The position numbers and the translations under genes were made by a program. Shown piece after piece: positions 1-9,061 of a DNA stretch of 24,600 nucleotides; the stretch's first letter is position 1; the number at the start of each line of letters is the position of its first letter. The stretch lies in assembly GCA_038858525.1 (NCBI GenBank), contig JAWCFL010000018.1:1-24600 (forward strand). Direction: 5' to 3'. The notes under the pieces were generated by a model. That model saw only the letters and a program-made list of their open reading frames with translations, had not been told where the DNA came from and searched no databases. The DNA comes from Candidatus Jordarchaeales archaeon (lineage in GTDB: Archaea > Asgardarchaeota > Jordiarchaeia > Jordiarchaeales > Freyrarchaeaceae).

Positions 1-461
1 CTCTTTTTAAACCAAATCTCTTTTTAAAAACTTCTTGTTTTACTCTTTTTCTGCTTATCTGAGACTGACATGTCCTCCCCTCGTTAAATTAATGGATCCG
101 AGACTGGGACTTCCCACCTATCCAGCATTTCCGCTATGTTCCTTACCTGTTTAGTGCTCCATGCATCTTTTAACTCTGTCTTTCTAGGATGACCTCGATA
201 AGTATATCCAGAGTTTTTCATGCTTCCCTCTTTATTCGCCTCACCTCAACGAAGATGATGTCCTCTTTCTGTAGAATTCTTTAGAGATCGTCGTCTGCGA
301 TTTCTATGAACATTTAAACGTTTTTGCCAACAAATTTTTCAACGCCCCCTAATTAGAAACTCCTGTTCATCTCTCTTTGAAAGACACGTTAGAGTTACTA
401 AAAGAAAAAAATATATTTCGTGGAAGGCTTTTTTTTTGAAGCTTCTTGATATTACCTTTGG

Positions 462-2276
462 GTGGTTTTGTTGGGTTTGCGTTGGCTGTCTGAGTTTCTG
501 GGTAACCGTTTCGTGCTTCTTGGTTTGCTTTTGCGTCTCGTTCTCTCAGTGCTTTTTGCACACGACTTCGATGTTAACTTTTTTCTTTCTGTTGCCAGAG
601 CGTATTATCATGATGGGGCTCTCATGTTTTTTGTTGAGTGGGCTTACCCTGTCGTCTACTTTCTGATTCTTTTGTTCTCGTATTTTCCAGCTGACCTGAT
701 AAGTGACACGTTTCTCTTTTTCGGTCAGCCTTTCTCACTTTCTGAGAAGTTTTTCTTGAAGTTGCCGTTTAACCTTGCAGACCTCGGGGTCGCTTACATG
801 ATTTTCCGCGTGCTCAGGGAGGATGGCCGGGAGAAATACGCTTTACCCTTGAGTTTGGCCTACTGGCTTAACCCATTGTCGATATTCGTGAGCGCTGTGC
901 ACGGCCACTTCGAGTCAGTTTCTGTGTTTTTCGCCGTCCTCAGTTTCTATCACTTGTGGAAGGAGAATTACGTTCTTGGCGGACTTGAGCTGGCTTTAAG
1001 CTTCGGCGCCAAGTATCAGGGCATCATACTATTTCCAGCAGCGATTCTTTTCATGTGGGGGGAGTGGAAAAAAGCTCTGAAGTTCGCCGTCTCCTTTATT
1101 ATCTTTGCATCTCTCACCCTTCTTCCTCTAGGTCTCTTCTTCTATGAGCCTAATTTTCACCTCTTCTTCTTTAGTCCATCCCTTGAACGAGCCTTATCCC
1201 CCCTCACAAAGTTTGCTGCAGGACTTGAAATGGTCATGAACCCAAACATGACATACTACAGCTTTCTAGTAAGGTACGGCTTCACACTAATTCCACATAT
1301 GGCTTCTGCGATAAGCGTGTCGGTCTTTGCATTGGTTTTCTGTTGTATATATTACTTTGCTTACTTCAAGGGCGTATTTAGGTTAAAGTATGATAGCAGG
1401 AGAACGCTTCTTACAGCCTACTTTTCAGCTGCTTACATGGCGGCTTTCCTCTCTATCGGCAAAATGAGCCCTCACTTCGCCCTCTGGGCTCTGCCTTTCC
1501 TCCTTATGCTATACTCTGACTATGCTATTGAGAAAATTCTTCTGCTTCTCTTTAACTTTATTCCTCTCTGCGACTACTTCCTCGTAAGTAGCATCTTCTA
1601 TTATATTAACGGAGGATACTGGAACTATGCGACATCCTCGACATTCATTCCAGCGGTCGGCTTAATTTTCTCTTTTGTTTGCTTGGCGATACTAGTAAAC
1701 TTCCTTTTCGAGGAAAATGTTGTCCCATTCAAGAGGCAGATTTTGCTTGCTGCCGAAATGATGCCGGACAGACGCCTTGCACTTCCATTAATCATGGCGG
1801 CACTCATTGTGGTTGTCTCACTTCCACTGAACGTGAATGGCGTCTTTTGGTCCCAGTACCCGGTATTACCCGCATACCCACTTGAGGAACTCACGTATCC
1901 TGTAGCACCAAGACTGATAATAACCTTCTTGGTTCCATGCATGCTACTTCCGGCATTCCTACTAACGGCTACTAAACCCATCTTACTAGGGCGTAGATCC
2001 CAAGTTAAATACTTGAGCTTGAGGGTAAAAATCGCCCTCATAACGGTGTCCTTAGCGTTAGCCTCAGCGCTTGCTTCATGGATAGTAAGTGAAACCTTGC
2101 CATTTGTCTCCTCCAGAATATCTCATACGCTAATGTTCACGCCCTCACCATCGTCGCTTAATCCGCTGTGCGTTAATGGAGGGGTGCTTGTCAGTGTGCT
2201 GCTACTAGTCTCCTTCTTTGCAGCTCTCCTCCTCCTGCTAGACAACGTAGACAAGTGCTCCGAGTTAAAAACTTAA
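462..2276 (+). CDS. Polytopic membrane glycosyltransferase, GT-C fold (GT87/DUF2029, PIG-M-like)
   Basis: 604 aa, very hydrophobic. Contains FLKLPFNLADL, WLNPLSIFVSAVHGHFESV and SFGAKYQG, which resemble motifs of lipid-linked-sugar-dependent GT-C enzymes. Lies next to sugar genes. GTG start is uncertain. Confidence 0.7.
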   Translation: MVLLGLRWLSEFLGNRFVLLGLLLRLVLSVLFAHDFDVNFFLSVARAYYHDGALMFFVEWAYPVVYFLILLFSYFPADLISDTFLFFGQPFSLSEKFFLKLPFNLADLGVAYMIFRVLREDGREKYALPLSLAYWLNPLSIFVSAVHGHFESVSVFFAVLSFYHLWKENYVLGGLELALSFGAKYQGIILFPAAILFMWGEWKKALKFAVSFIIFASLTLLPLGLFFYEPNFHLFFFSPSLERALSPLTKFAAGLEMVMNPNMTYYSFLVRYGFTLIPHMASAISVSVFALVFCCIYYFAYFKGVFRLKYDSRRTLLTAYFSAAYMAAFLSIGKMSPHFALWALPFLLMLYSDYAIEKILLLLFNFIPLCDYFLVSSIFYYINGGYWNYATSSTFIPAVGLIFSFVCLAILVNFLFEENVVPFKRQILLAAEMMPDRRLALPLIMAALIVVVSLPLNVNGVFWSQYPVLPAYPLEELTYPVAPRLIITFLVPCMLLPAFLLTATKPILLGRRSQVKYLSLRVKIALITVSLALASALASWIVSETLPFVSSRISHTLMFTPSPSSLNPLCVNGGVLVSVLLLVSFFAALLLLLDNVDKCSELKT

Positions 2277-2439
2277 GTTGCCTAACTTTCTCTACAAGCC
2301 ATGTTGGCATATCGCTCGGCTTCATCCTCGCATAGACCAGTTCGCCTACCTCTCGGCGGTTACTGCTGGAAAAGTCGTTGTCAGCTCCACAACTTAGGGC
2401 ATGTTTTGTCGATCAAGAATCAAGAAAGAAGGTTGTTTT

Positions 2440-2947
2440 TCCTTTGATAGTCCGGTTAGTTTTTGGTTATTAGTTGTCTGGCTGTTTTGACCATTTTCTC
2501 TATGAATGAGATCCGCTGCTTTACTGCTTCACAAGCTTTGCTTCATGAAAACCCTAAATATGCATGTAATTTGCCCCGGTCCCAGCCGATGTAGACGTCC
2601 TCGCTGGATATTTTAGCGGCTTCTCTGGCTGCCTTCTCAAGTTCCGTCACCGTCCATTTACCTTTCTCATGAACTTTACTTAGAATATCGGCGAGGATTA
2701 AAATGGTTCGCGATGGCTTTCACGGCTTCCTCAGCAGCCTTATACAGCTTCTCAGATGCCTGCACAGGATCCCTATTCGCAAGCTCAGCTCCCTCACCAA
2801 GGTATTTTTCAGCCAGTTCAAGGTGAACTTCAGCAACCTCTTCTGGGTCCATGTTAAGTTTCTCGGAAATCGCTTCAACAATAACGCTTTCCAAGTCGAT
2901 GCCAATTCCTAGCCCTTCTCGGAAAGCTTCGCGGGAATAAACACCAT
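2440..2947 (-). pseudogene. PaREP1-family (HEPN-like) pseudogene with several frameshifts
   Basis: In-frame core LNMDPEEVAEVHLELAEKYL...DPVQASEKLYKAAEEAVKAIA is the PaREP1 signature. Other frames supply the N-terminus (MVFIPAKLSEK...GIDLES) and the continuation (LADILSKVHEKGKWTVTELEKAA...IGWD...GFHEAKL...FIEKMVKTARQL). The 3' boundary is approximate. Confidence 0.8.
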
Positions 2948-3175
2948 TACACTCAAACTAAACTCCCCTCAAAAAAGTATTATTTAACTTAACTTATAAC
3001 ACTTATAAATGAAGTCAAGTGCTTCGTGAAACGTTATCCCGATGATAAAAGCTGCTGAATGCCTTTAAAGCGCAACGACGAGAAACAAGGCGCTTAAAAT
3101 AACCCCAAAAATTAGGAACACGCCCATCCCCCCTTAACCCATAACTTTCTCGATTTTTTGTCTTGAAATTGCTTT

Positions 3176-4897
3176 ATGTCCGCTTTTTTGTTCCTCCTTT
3201 CTTCCAGAAAAAAACTTTTATTTTTTGCTGTTCTTTGGCTGTTGGGAGGTGTTTGCGTGCTGCGTCAGGCTTTAAGGCGCCGTCCGCTCATTCTAGTATT
3301 CATGTCTTCAGCTATTTACTCCGGCTTTTTCACCTTTCTTTCGTTTACAAATCATTTCTCGTTTCGGACAAATGCGTGTGACCTCGGAATATTTAGTCAA
3401 GCTCTTTACTCCTCCCTGAACTTCGGCCTTTTGTTCTGTGACACCATTGAGCTGGGAAGCCACTTTCAGTTCCACTTTGACCCGTTCCTTTTCCTCCTTC
3501 TCCCCTTCTACTCCTTCGCGCAGACCCCACTCTTACTCCTCGTCATTCAGTCTATTTCGCTCGGTTTTGCAGCCATACCAGCATTCCTCCTTTCGCGCGA
3601 TGTGCTGAAATCGGACGTCCTCGCCTTCCTCCTTTCACTCTGCTACCTGTTGAATCCATCTATTCACGGAGTTAACCTTTACGACTTCCACCCTGATTGC
3701 TTCTTCCCTCTCCTACTCCTCTCTTCCCTTCTTTTCATCGAGCGGGGACGCCTTCTCAAGTCAGCCTTTTGCATGGTTCTAGCCTTAATGTGCAAGGAAA
3801 TTGCAGCTTTCGCCGTCGCAGCCATTGGAGTATACGTTGCGTGGGCTTACAGGAAAGAAATCCCGTGGCGTCTCCTTGTAAAGATTAATTTTAAGAACGC
3901 TTTTTCAAACCGCTACCTTCTCTTCGCGGCATTCACTGTGGTTCTCGGCCTCGGGTGGTTCACTTTTTCATCACACCTCTTTCCTTCGCTTATCTCCAGT
4001 GATAGGCACGCCTTCTCTTGGAGCTACCTCGGGGTCGGGATGAGCGAAGTTGTGAAAAGCTTTCTAACGAACCCTGTTGGCAGCCTTCAGGCAGCCTTCA
4101 CGCCAACTCCAGTCAAGCTCTTCCTGCTGAAGCTTCTCTACGGGAAATACCTTACAGACCAAATGTTACTCGTCCTCGTCCTCATTGAGCCCCACATGAA
4201 GCTCGTTTACCTCTTCCAGCTCTTTTTCCCCTTCGCCTTCCTGCCACTAATGAGTCCAGCCGCGCTGTTACCAGCCATCCCATTGATGCTCCTCAACGCC
4301 GCATCCATCACGCCAACTCACTATGTTGCCATAGGATACCAGTATCCCTCCCTTCTAGTCCCATTCATGTTTTCGGCGTCCGTTTATGGAGCTAAAAACA
4401 TAATAAGCTTAACTCGAACGGCCGCCTCTAAAGTTAACTTTCCCCCTCACTTAGTGGATATAGCTTACGCCAAGGGTAGAGCCTTCTTCTGCCTCACCCT
4501 CATAATGTTAGGCTGCAGCTTCTCCAGCTTCTACGCTTTGAGCCCAGTATGGCTTGTTGAGGGTGCGACTCCTCATGACCATGTTCTTCACGCCGTAGTG
4601 TCCTCTATCCCGCCTTACTTTTCCGTCTCAACGCAAAACGACCTGTTCCCCCACTTCACCCCAAACCTTAACCTTTACCTGGGCCACTACACTTTCATCC
4701 CGGCTGAATCATACGACATTATAGTGGTCGACACGCACTCACCATGGTACTACCTGAGTGGCTCTAGCGGTCTGAGGCTGCTCTATGACTTACTGGCACC
4801 AAGCGAACTAGTAGCTGAACTGCTCGCCTCGGGCAACTACACCGTCCTGTTTGAGTTTGACGGAATACTAGTATTAGTGAGAACCAACTTTACTTGA
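3176..4897 (+). CDS. DUF2079-family membrane protein (predicted GT-C glycosyltransferase)
   Basis: 573 aa multi-TM protein with DLGIFSQALY, HFQFHFDPFLFLLLPFY, YDFHPDCF, KEI and YQYPSLLVPF motifs typical of DUF2079. Confidence 0.8.
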   Translation: MSAFLFLLSSRKKLLFFAVLWLLGGVCVLRQALRRRPLILVFMSSAIYSGFFTFLSFTNHFSFRTNACDLGIFSQALYSSLNFGLLFCDTIELGSHFQFHFDPFLFLLLPFYSFAQTPLLLLVIQSISLGFAAIPAFLLSRDVLKSDVLAFLLSLCYLLNPSIHGVNLYDFHPDCFFPLLLLSSLLFIERGRLLKSAFCMVLALMCKEIAAFAVAAIGVYVAWAYRKEIPWRLLVKINFKNAFSNRYLLFAAFTVVLGLGWFTFSSHLFPSLISSDRHAFSWSYLGVGMSEVVKSFLTNPVGSLQAAFTPTPVKLFLLKLLYGKYLTDQMLLVLVLIEPHMKLVYLFQLFFPFAFLPLMSPAALLPAIPLMLLNAASITPTHYVAIGYQYPSLLVPFMFSASVYGAKNIISLTRTAASKVNFPPHLVDIAYAKGRAFFCLTLIMLGCSFSSFYALSPVWLVEGATPHDHVLHAVVSSIPPYFSVSTQNDLFPHFTPNLNLYLGHYTFIPAESYDIIVVDTHSPWYYLSGSSGLRLLYDLLAPSELVAELLASGNYTVLFEFDGILVLVRTNFT

Positions 4898-5627
4898 TTC
4901 TTTCCTTAAATTGCGCCAGCTTCTCGAAAAGCTTTACTGAGGGGAACAGATGGTTGAGTATGTAAGCATAGTACAAGTTGAACTTTAGGAAGCCAAGCTT
5001 GTGCATTCTCCTCGAGGATGGAAAGACTGCGACATCTAAGCGGTAGACCGTCTTTCCTTTAATTCTTCTGGCCAGTTCAAGCCCGAATATCCCATCTTTC
5101 CCGTCTAACGATATTTTGTAGGGCATTTCAACACCAACGTAGCCTCCAGCCTTGAAGTATGCGTCCCTCCTCACCACAGTGAAGTAGCCTGGCGGGAAAA
5201 ACATTCCCAAGCGATTTAACACGCATCTTCCCAGTGACCAAACAAAGTACTCTATTTTGCCTATTAGGGGAGCGTCGTAGGGGATTGCTAAACCGCTTAA
5301 CGCCACAACATTGTCGTTCCTGAATTCCCATTCAATTTTTTCAAGGAAGTCTGGTGGAACTAGCGTGTCGGCATCAGTGAATACGAGTATTTCTCCCTTA
5401 GCGTGCATTGCTCCCATATGCCTTCCATCACTCACGGTGTGCTTGCTGCAGAATATCACTTTAGCCCCCTCCCGCTCAGCCACTTCTGCCGTAGCGTCCT
5501 GAGTCCTATCGTCAACCACAACTATGGTTTCCAAGTCCTTAAACGTCTGCCTAGCTATAGACTTAAGCGTCAATCCAATATATCTCTCCTCGTTTAAAGC
5601 TGGAATTATCACGGAGAACTTGGGCAT
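4890..5627 (-). CDS. Glycosyltransferase family 2
   Basis: N-terminal SVIIPALNEE, VVDD and the FTDAD DxD motif; 245 aa. Confidence 0.9.
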   Translation of the reverse strand: MPKFSVIIPALNEERYIGLTLKSIARQTFKDLETIVVVDDRTQDATAEVAEREGAKVIFCSKHTVSDGRHMGAMHAKGEILVFTDADTLVPPDFLEKIEWEFRNDNVVALSGLAIPYDAPLIGKIEYFVWSLGRCVLNRLGMFFPPGYFTVVRRDAYFKAGGYVGVEMPYKISLDGKDGIFGLELARRIKGKTVYRLDVAVFPSSRRMHKLGFLKFNLYYAYILNHLFPSVKLFEKLAQFKERIK

Positions 5628-5636
5628 CCTAATCCC

Positions 5637-6308
5637 TCAACAACTTTTCACGGCTAGTATTTCTACGTGGCTTGCCAGCCTCAAAGGGACCTCCACCACG
5701 AAGTACCTTTGAAGGAGCGTGGGTGGTGTCGGGAGCAGGAGGAACGGTCTCACCTTCACGTCTTTAAATCCAGCGCCCGCCACCATTTTAACCCAATCGC
5801 TTGGCGGCTTAGCCGACGGGTGAGTTTTCTTCGGCTCACGGGCTAGAATATGAATTAAAACTGTTGCCGCCGCGTTGGTGTTGGGTGTTGTCGCCACCAG
5901 TACTCCCCCAGGCCTCATCACTCTGTAAGTTTCTTGTAGCGCCTTTCCGGGCTCAAGAAGATGTTCAAGGACGGCGAAGCAAGTTACTAAGTTGAATGAT
6001 TCCTCCATGAAGGGGAGATTCTCAGCGTCAGCTACAACAAGCCTTCCCCCTCTTCCTCTTCTGATGGCGTAACTCGACACGTCCACCCCGACGGCATCGT
6101 AGCCAAGCTTTGAGAGCAGCTCAACGACGAACCCGTAGGCGCACCCTACGTCAAGAGCCCTTTTACCTCTTCCATCGAGAACTCCTCCTTCCACATTGTG
6201 GTCAGCCCAGGAGAGCGCGTTCAAATAATGCCTCTGAATAGCCCTCCTCTTCTTTCCATATTTATATTTCTCCTCAAAGTACCATTCGCCGTAAGTGCTC
6301 CTCCTCAT
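5637..6308 (-). CDS. Class I SAM-dependent methyltransferase
   Basis: LDVGCAYG motif I, ADAENLPF, VLEHLLEP and RPGG. Its ATG overlaps the TGA of the upstream dehydrogenase (ATGA at 6305-6308). Confidence 0.9.
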   Translation of the reverse strand: MRRSTYGEWYFEEKYKYGKKRRAIQRHYLNALSWADHNVEGGVLDGRGKRALDVGCAYGFVVELLSKLGYDAVGVDVSSYAIRRGRGGRLVVADAENLPFMEESFNLVTCFAVLEHLLEPGKALQETYRVMRPGGVLVATTPNTNAAATVLIHILAREPKKTHPSAKPPSDWVKMVAGAGFKDVKVRPFLLLPTPPTLLQRYFVVEVPLRLASHVEILAVKSC

Positions 6309-7183
6309 TGTTTCTCCCTTTTTTGATCTCTCTGAATTTTTTCCATTTTTTCGTTGACCGCCAATACTGCGCTTAGCAGCGTCGGCTCAACGTTTCTCTC
6401 TTTAAAGAACTGTATGAAAGCCTTTAAGTCTTTAGGCAGACATCCCCCACTGAAGGCTTTGCCGCCGTATATTCCATATGTGCCTATGCGTGGGTCTAGG
6501 GCGACGGTCTCCGCCACTAGATCCGGGTCTAAGCCGAGCTCGACGCACAGCAAGTAAACCTCATTAAAGAAGGATATTTTCGTGGCTAAGAAGGCGTTCG
6601 CCACATACTTCACCACTTCTGCAGTCTCGGGGCTGGTTCTGATTATCGGCGCCCCGAATGGCTTATAAAGCTCCTCCAAAACATCCCCCGCCTTCCTGTC
6701 AACCTCTCCTATCACAACTCTACTTGGCTGCAGGAAATCTTGGAGGGCGCTCGCCTCCCTGAGGAACTCCGGGTTAAAACACACACCGAAGTCAACTCCC
6801 AACTCAAGACCAGAGTGCTCACACAGCAGGGGAACAACGACTCTTCTCGTCGTGTACGGTGGGACAGTGCTCCTCACAGCGACAACATGGTAGCCTCCCT
6901 CCCCCAGAGCCTTGGCGACGCTCACAACAGCGTCACTCAAATAGGTAAGGTCAACCCCGCCGTTGTAGGGGGTCTGAACGCATATGAACGAGACATCGGA
7001 GCGTGAAACAGCCTCATCAACACTCTCAGCAACACTAAACCCCTCTTTCTCTAGGACGTCACACTTCTCCCGGTCAACATCGAAAAACACGACATCATTA
7101 CCGTACAGCTGTAATCCAACGCCCGTAGCCCTACCAACAACACCCGACCCTATTATCGCAACCCTCAAAGCATACACCACCAT
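6305..7183 (-). CDS. UDP-glucose/GDP-mannose dehydrogenase family protein, short form
   Basis: GSGVVG Rossmann motif, ICVQTP, RSTVPP, NPEFLREA, KYVANAFLATKISFFNE and the catalytic GGCLPKD. Ends at 292 aa. Confidence 0.9.
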   Translation of the reverse strand: MVVYALRVAIIGSGVVGRATGVGLQLYGNDVVFFDVDREKCDVLEKEGFSVAESVDEAVSRSDVSFICVQTPYNGGVDLTYLSDAVVSVAKALGEGGYHVVAVRSTVPPYTTRRVVVPLLCEHSGLELGVDFGVCFNPEFLREASALQDFLQPSRVVIGEVDRKAGDVLEELYKPFGAPIIRTSPETAEVVKYVANAFLATKISFFNEVYLLCVELGLDPDLVAETVALDPRIGTYGIYGGKAFSGGCLPKDLKAFIQFFKERNVEPTLLSAVLAVNEKMEKIQRDQKREKQ

Positions 7184-7405
7184 TTTTCAATGGAAAAAAA
7201 AGAATCTAATCTTCCAATCATACATGAGAAAGTGCCCTTTTCTTTTTTTTTGTTTTTAATCACTTGACGTGTATCCTTTTCACGAGTCCCAACTAAAAAT
7301 TAGGGGCTGTGCTTTCGCGTAGCGTTTCGCAAAAACATTTTTAAATTGCTACCTGAACTATTTAGTTGTCTCCCTACTGGTACTTTATTGATGGAGGTTA
7401 CCTTT

Positions 7406-8338
7406 GTGAGGGTTCTGGTTACTGGTGGTGCCGGCTTCATCGGCTCCAACATTGTTTTTGAGCTCGTTGAAAAGGGTTTTGAAACTTACGTCGTTGACAG
7501 CATGCATACTGGAAATGAGAAGAACCTGGAGGGCGTAATGGACTCCGTTAGGCTTTTCAAGTGTGGTGCTGGAGAGATCCCTTCTCTCAGCCTTCCCAAG
7601 GTTGACTTTGTCCTCCATTACGGGATCTACTCTTCCTCCCCGATGTATAAGGAAGACAGGAGGAGGGTTGCTGAGGCTATAGGCGACGCCATCACAGTGT
7701 TCGAGTTCGCAAAGGACTGCGGCTCCCGAGTCATCCTATGCTCCACGTCAAGTCTTTACAATGGGCTCCCCACCCCATGGAGGGAGGACGCTGTTCCCCT
7801 CGTCACTGACTTTTACACGGAGGCTAGAATAGCCATAGAGAGGCTCGCCGAACTCTACCATAAACTCTACGGTCTAAACGTGATCACGCTCAGACACTTT
7901 AGCATCTACGGCCCAAAAGAAGAGTATAAGGGACAATACGCCAACAACATAACACAGTTCCTTTGGTGCATGATGAAGGACAAGCCCCCCGTGATCTTCG
8001 GTGATGGTAACCAAACAAGAGACTTCGTTTATGTTAAGGACGCCGTCGAGGCAGCTATGCGAGCCATGGAGAAGGACATAGAGTACGATGTCTTCAATGT
8101 GGGGACAGGCAAGGATACATCCTTCAACAAGATAGTGGAGATCCTTAACAGGAAGCTCGGAAAGAACATTAAGCCAAAATACGTCCCAAACCCTATAAAG
8201 AATTACGTCTATAAAACGCAGGCAGACCCGACAAAAGCAGAAAAAATCCTCGGGTTTAGAGCGAAAACAACACTAGAGGAAGGAATAGATAAAACAATAC
8301 AGTACTACAAGCAGCTAGAGTGGATACCAGACGTCTAA
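7406..8338 (+). CDS. NAD-dependent epimerase/dehydratase (extended SDR)
   Basis: VLVTGGAGFIGSN, STSSLY, LRHFSIYGP and GDGNQTRDFVYVKD. GTG at 7406 follows GGAGG and is preferred over the longer ORF start at 7346. Confidence 0.9.
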   Translation: MRVLVTGGAGFIGSNIVFELVEKGFETYVVDSMHTGNEKNLEGVMDSVRLFKCGAGEIPSLSLPKVDFVLHYGIYSSSPMYKEDRRRVAEAIGDAITVFEFAKDCGSRVILCSTSSLYNGLPTPWREDAVPLVTDFYTEARIAIERLAELYHKLYGLNVITLRHFSIYGPKEEYKGQYANNITQFLWCMMKDKPPVIFGDGNQTRDFVYVKDAVEAAMRAMEKDIEYDVFNVGTGKDTSFNKIVEILNRKLGKNIKPKYVPNPIKNYVYKTQADPTKAEKILGFRAKTTLEEGIDKTIQYYKQLEWIPDV

Positions 8339-8386
8339 AGGACACCGGCTGAACTCTGAGAGTTTCACATGGAAAACCCATTTCTC

Positions 8387-8690
8387 CTAAAATGCCATTT
8401 TCCATTTCATGAGAAGCTCGGAGTCTTTTAGCGGTAGCCGGTAATATCTTCCTTTTTCTTCTATTATGTTGCAGTAGTTTAGCGACGCTACTAACCGTGT
8501 TGGGAGCCTTGCTTTAGCCTTTTCCTAGAAAAGGCAAAATAACATTCTAAATAATATTTCTAGTGCCTCCTTAGGGTCGCAGATTTCTATGTATTGCTTG
8601 AATGCGTTCCTAATTTCCTGTCTGAGGAGATGACGCTCGTCTACTGTTACAAAAAAGCTACAGTTTTCCTCGAGAAGGAACGTTGAAGTT
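8387..8690 (-). pseudogene. Possible decayed ORF with one in-frame TAG
   Basis: Minus frame reads FLLEENCSFFVTVDERHLLRQEIRNAFKQYIEICDPKEALEILFRMLFCLF*EKAKARLPTRLVASLNYCNIIEEKGRYYRLPLKDSELLMKWKMAF*. It looks protein-like, but no family was recognised and there is no clear start. Confidence 0.3.
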
Positions 8691-8883
8691 TAACCTTTCA
8701 GGCTGATTAAGAAAGAAGACATTTACGCGTCCCCTTCCTGACGTGCTTCACCTTGCCACTTCCAGCTAACTGAAGTAGTAACCCATTAGCAGTAGCCCAA
8801 GAGACACCAAGCTGTTTCGCCCCTTCATCAGTAGTTTTGGGACCACATGAAAGCGCCCTTAACACCCTCTCAACCAAATCCAT
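8647..8883 (-). pseudogene. Small winged-helix DNA-binding protein, probably frameshifted
   Basis: MDLVERVLRALSCGPKTTDEGAKQLGVSWATANGLLLQLAGSGKVKHVRKG is an HTH pattern. Removing one base from the G4 run (8731-8734) gives the typical wing end RKGRVNVFFLN. Confidence 0.6.
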
Positions 8884-9061
8884 AACATGCACCATTGATT
8901 CTTTAATGCATTTAAAATGCATTTCAAATAGATTCATCACCCCCCATAAATTTAAAATTTTCAGACGTTAACATTTCCACGTCATTCGCCCCCCTCACTT
9001 TAATGAAATTTTTAATAATGCCTAAGCTCCTATCTTCTCTTAGAAGGTTTTTCTCAGAGGT

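Noticed and set aside
1-330. Short minus-strand frames with RBS-like motifs (MSVSDKQKKSKTRSF*, MKNSGYTYRGHP...DPLI*, MFIEIADDDL*RILQKEDIIFVEV...)
   Set aside because: All are under 50 aa or interrupted and match no family I recognise. They could be debris of a decayed gene, but that cannot be supported.
2280-2420. Minus-strand fragment EVGELVYARMKPSDMPTWLVEKVRQ next to the PaREP1 relic
   Set aside because: No start, no recognisable family, and it runs antisense into the GT-C gene.
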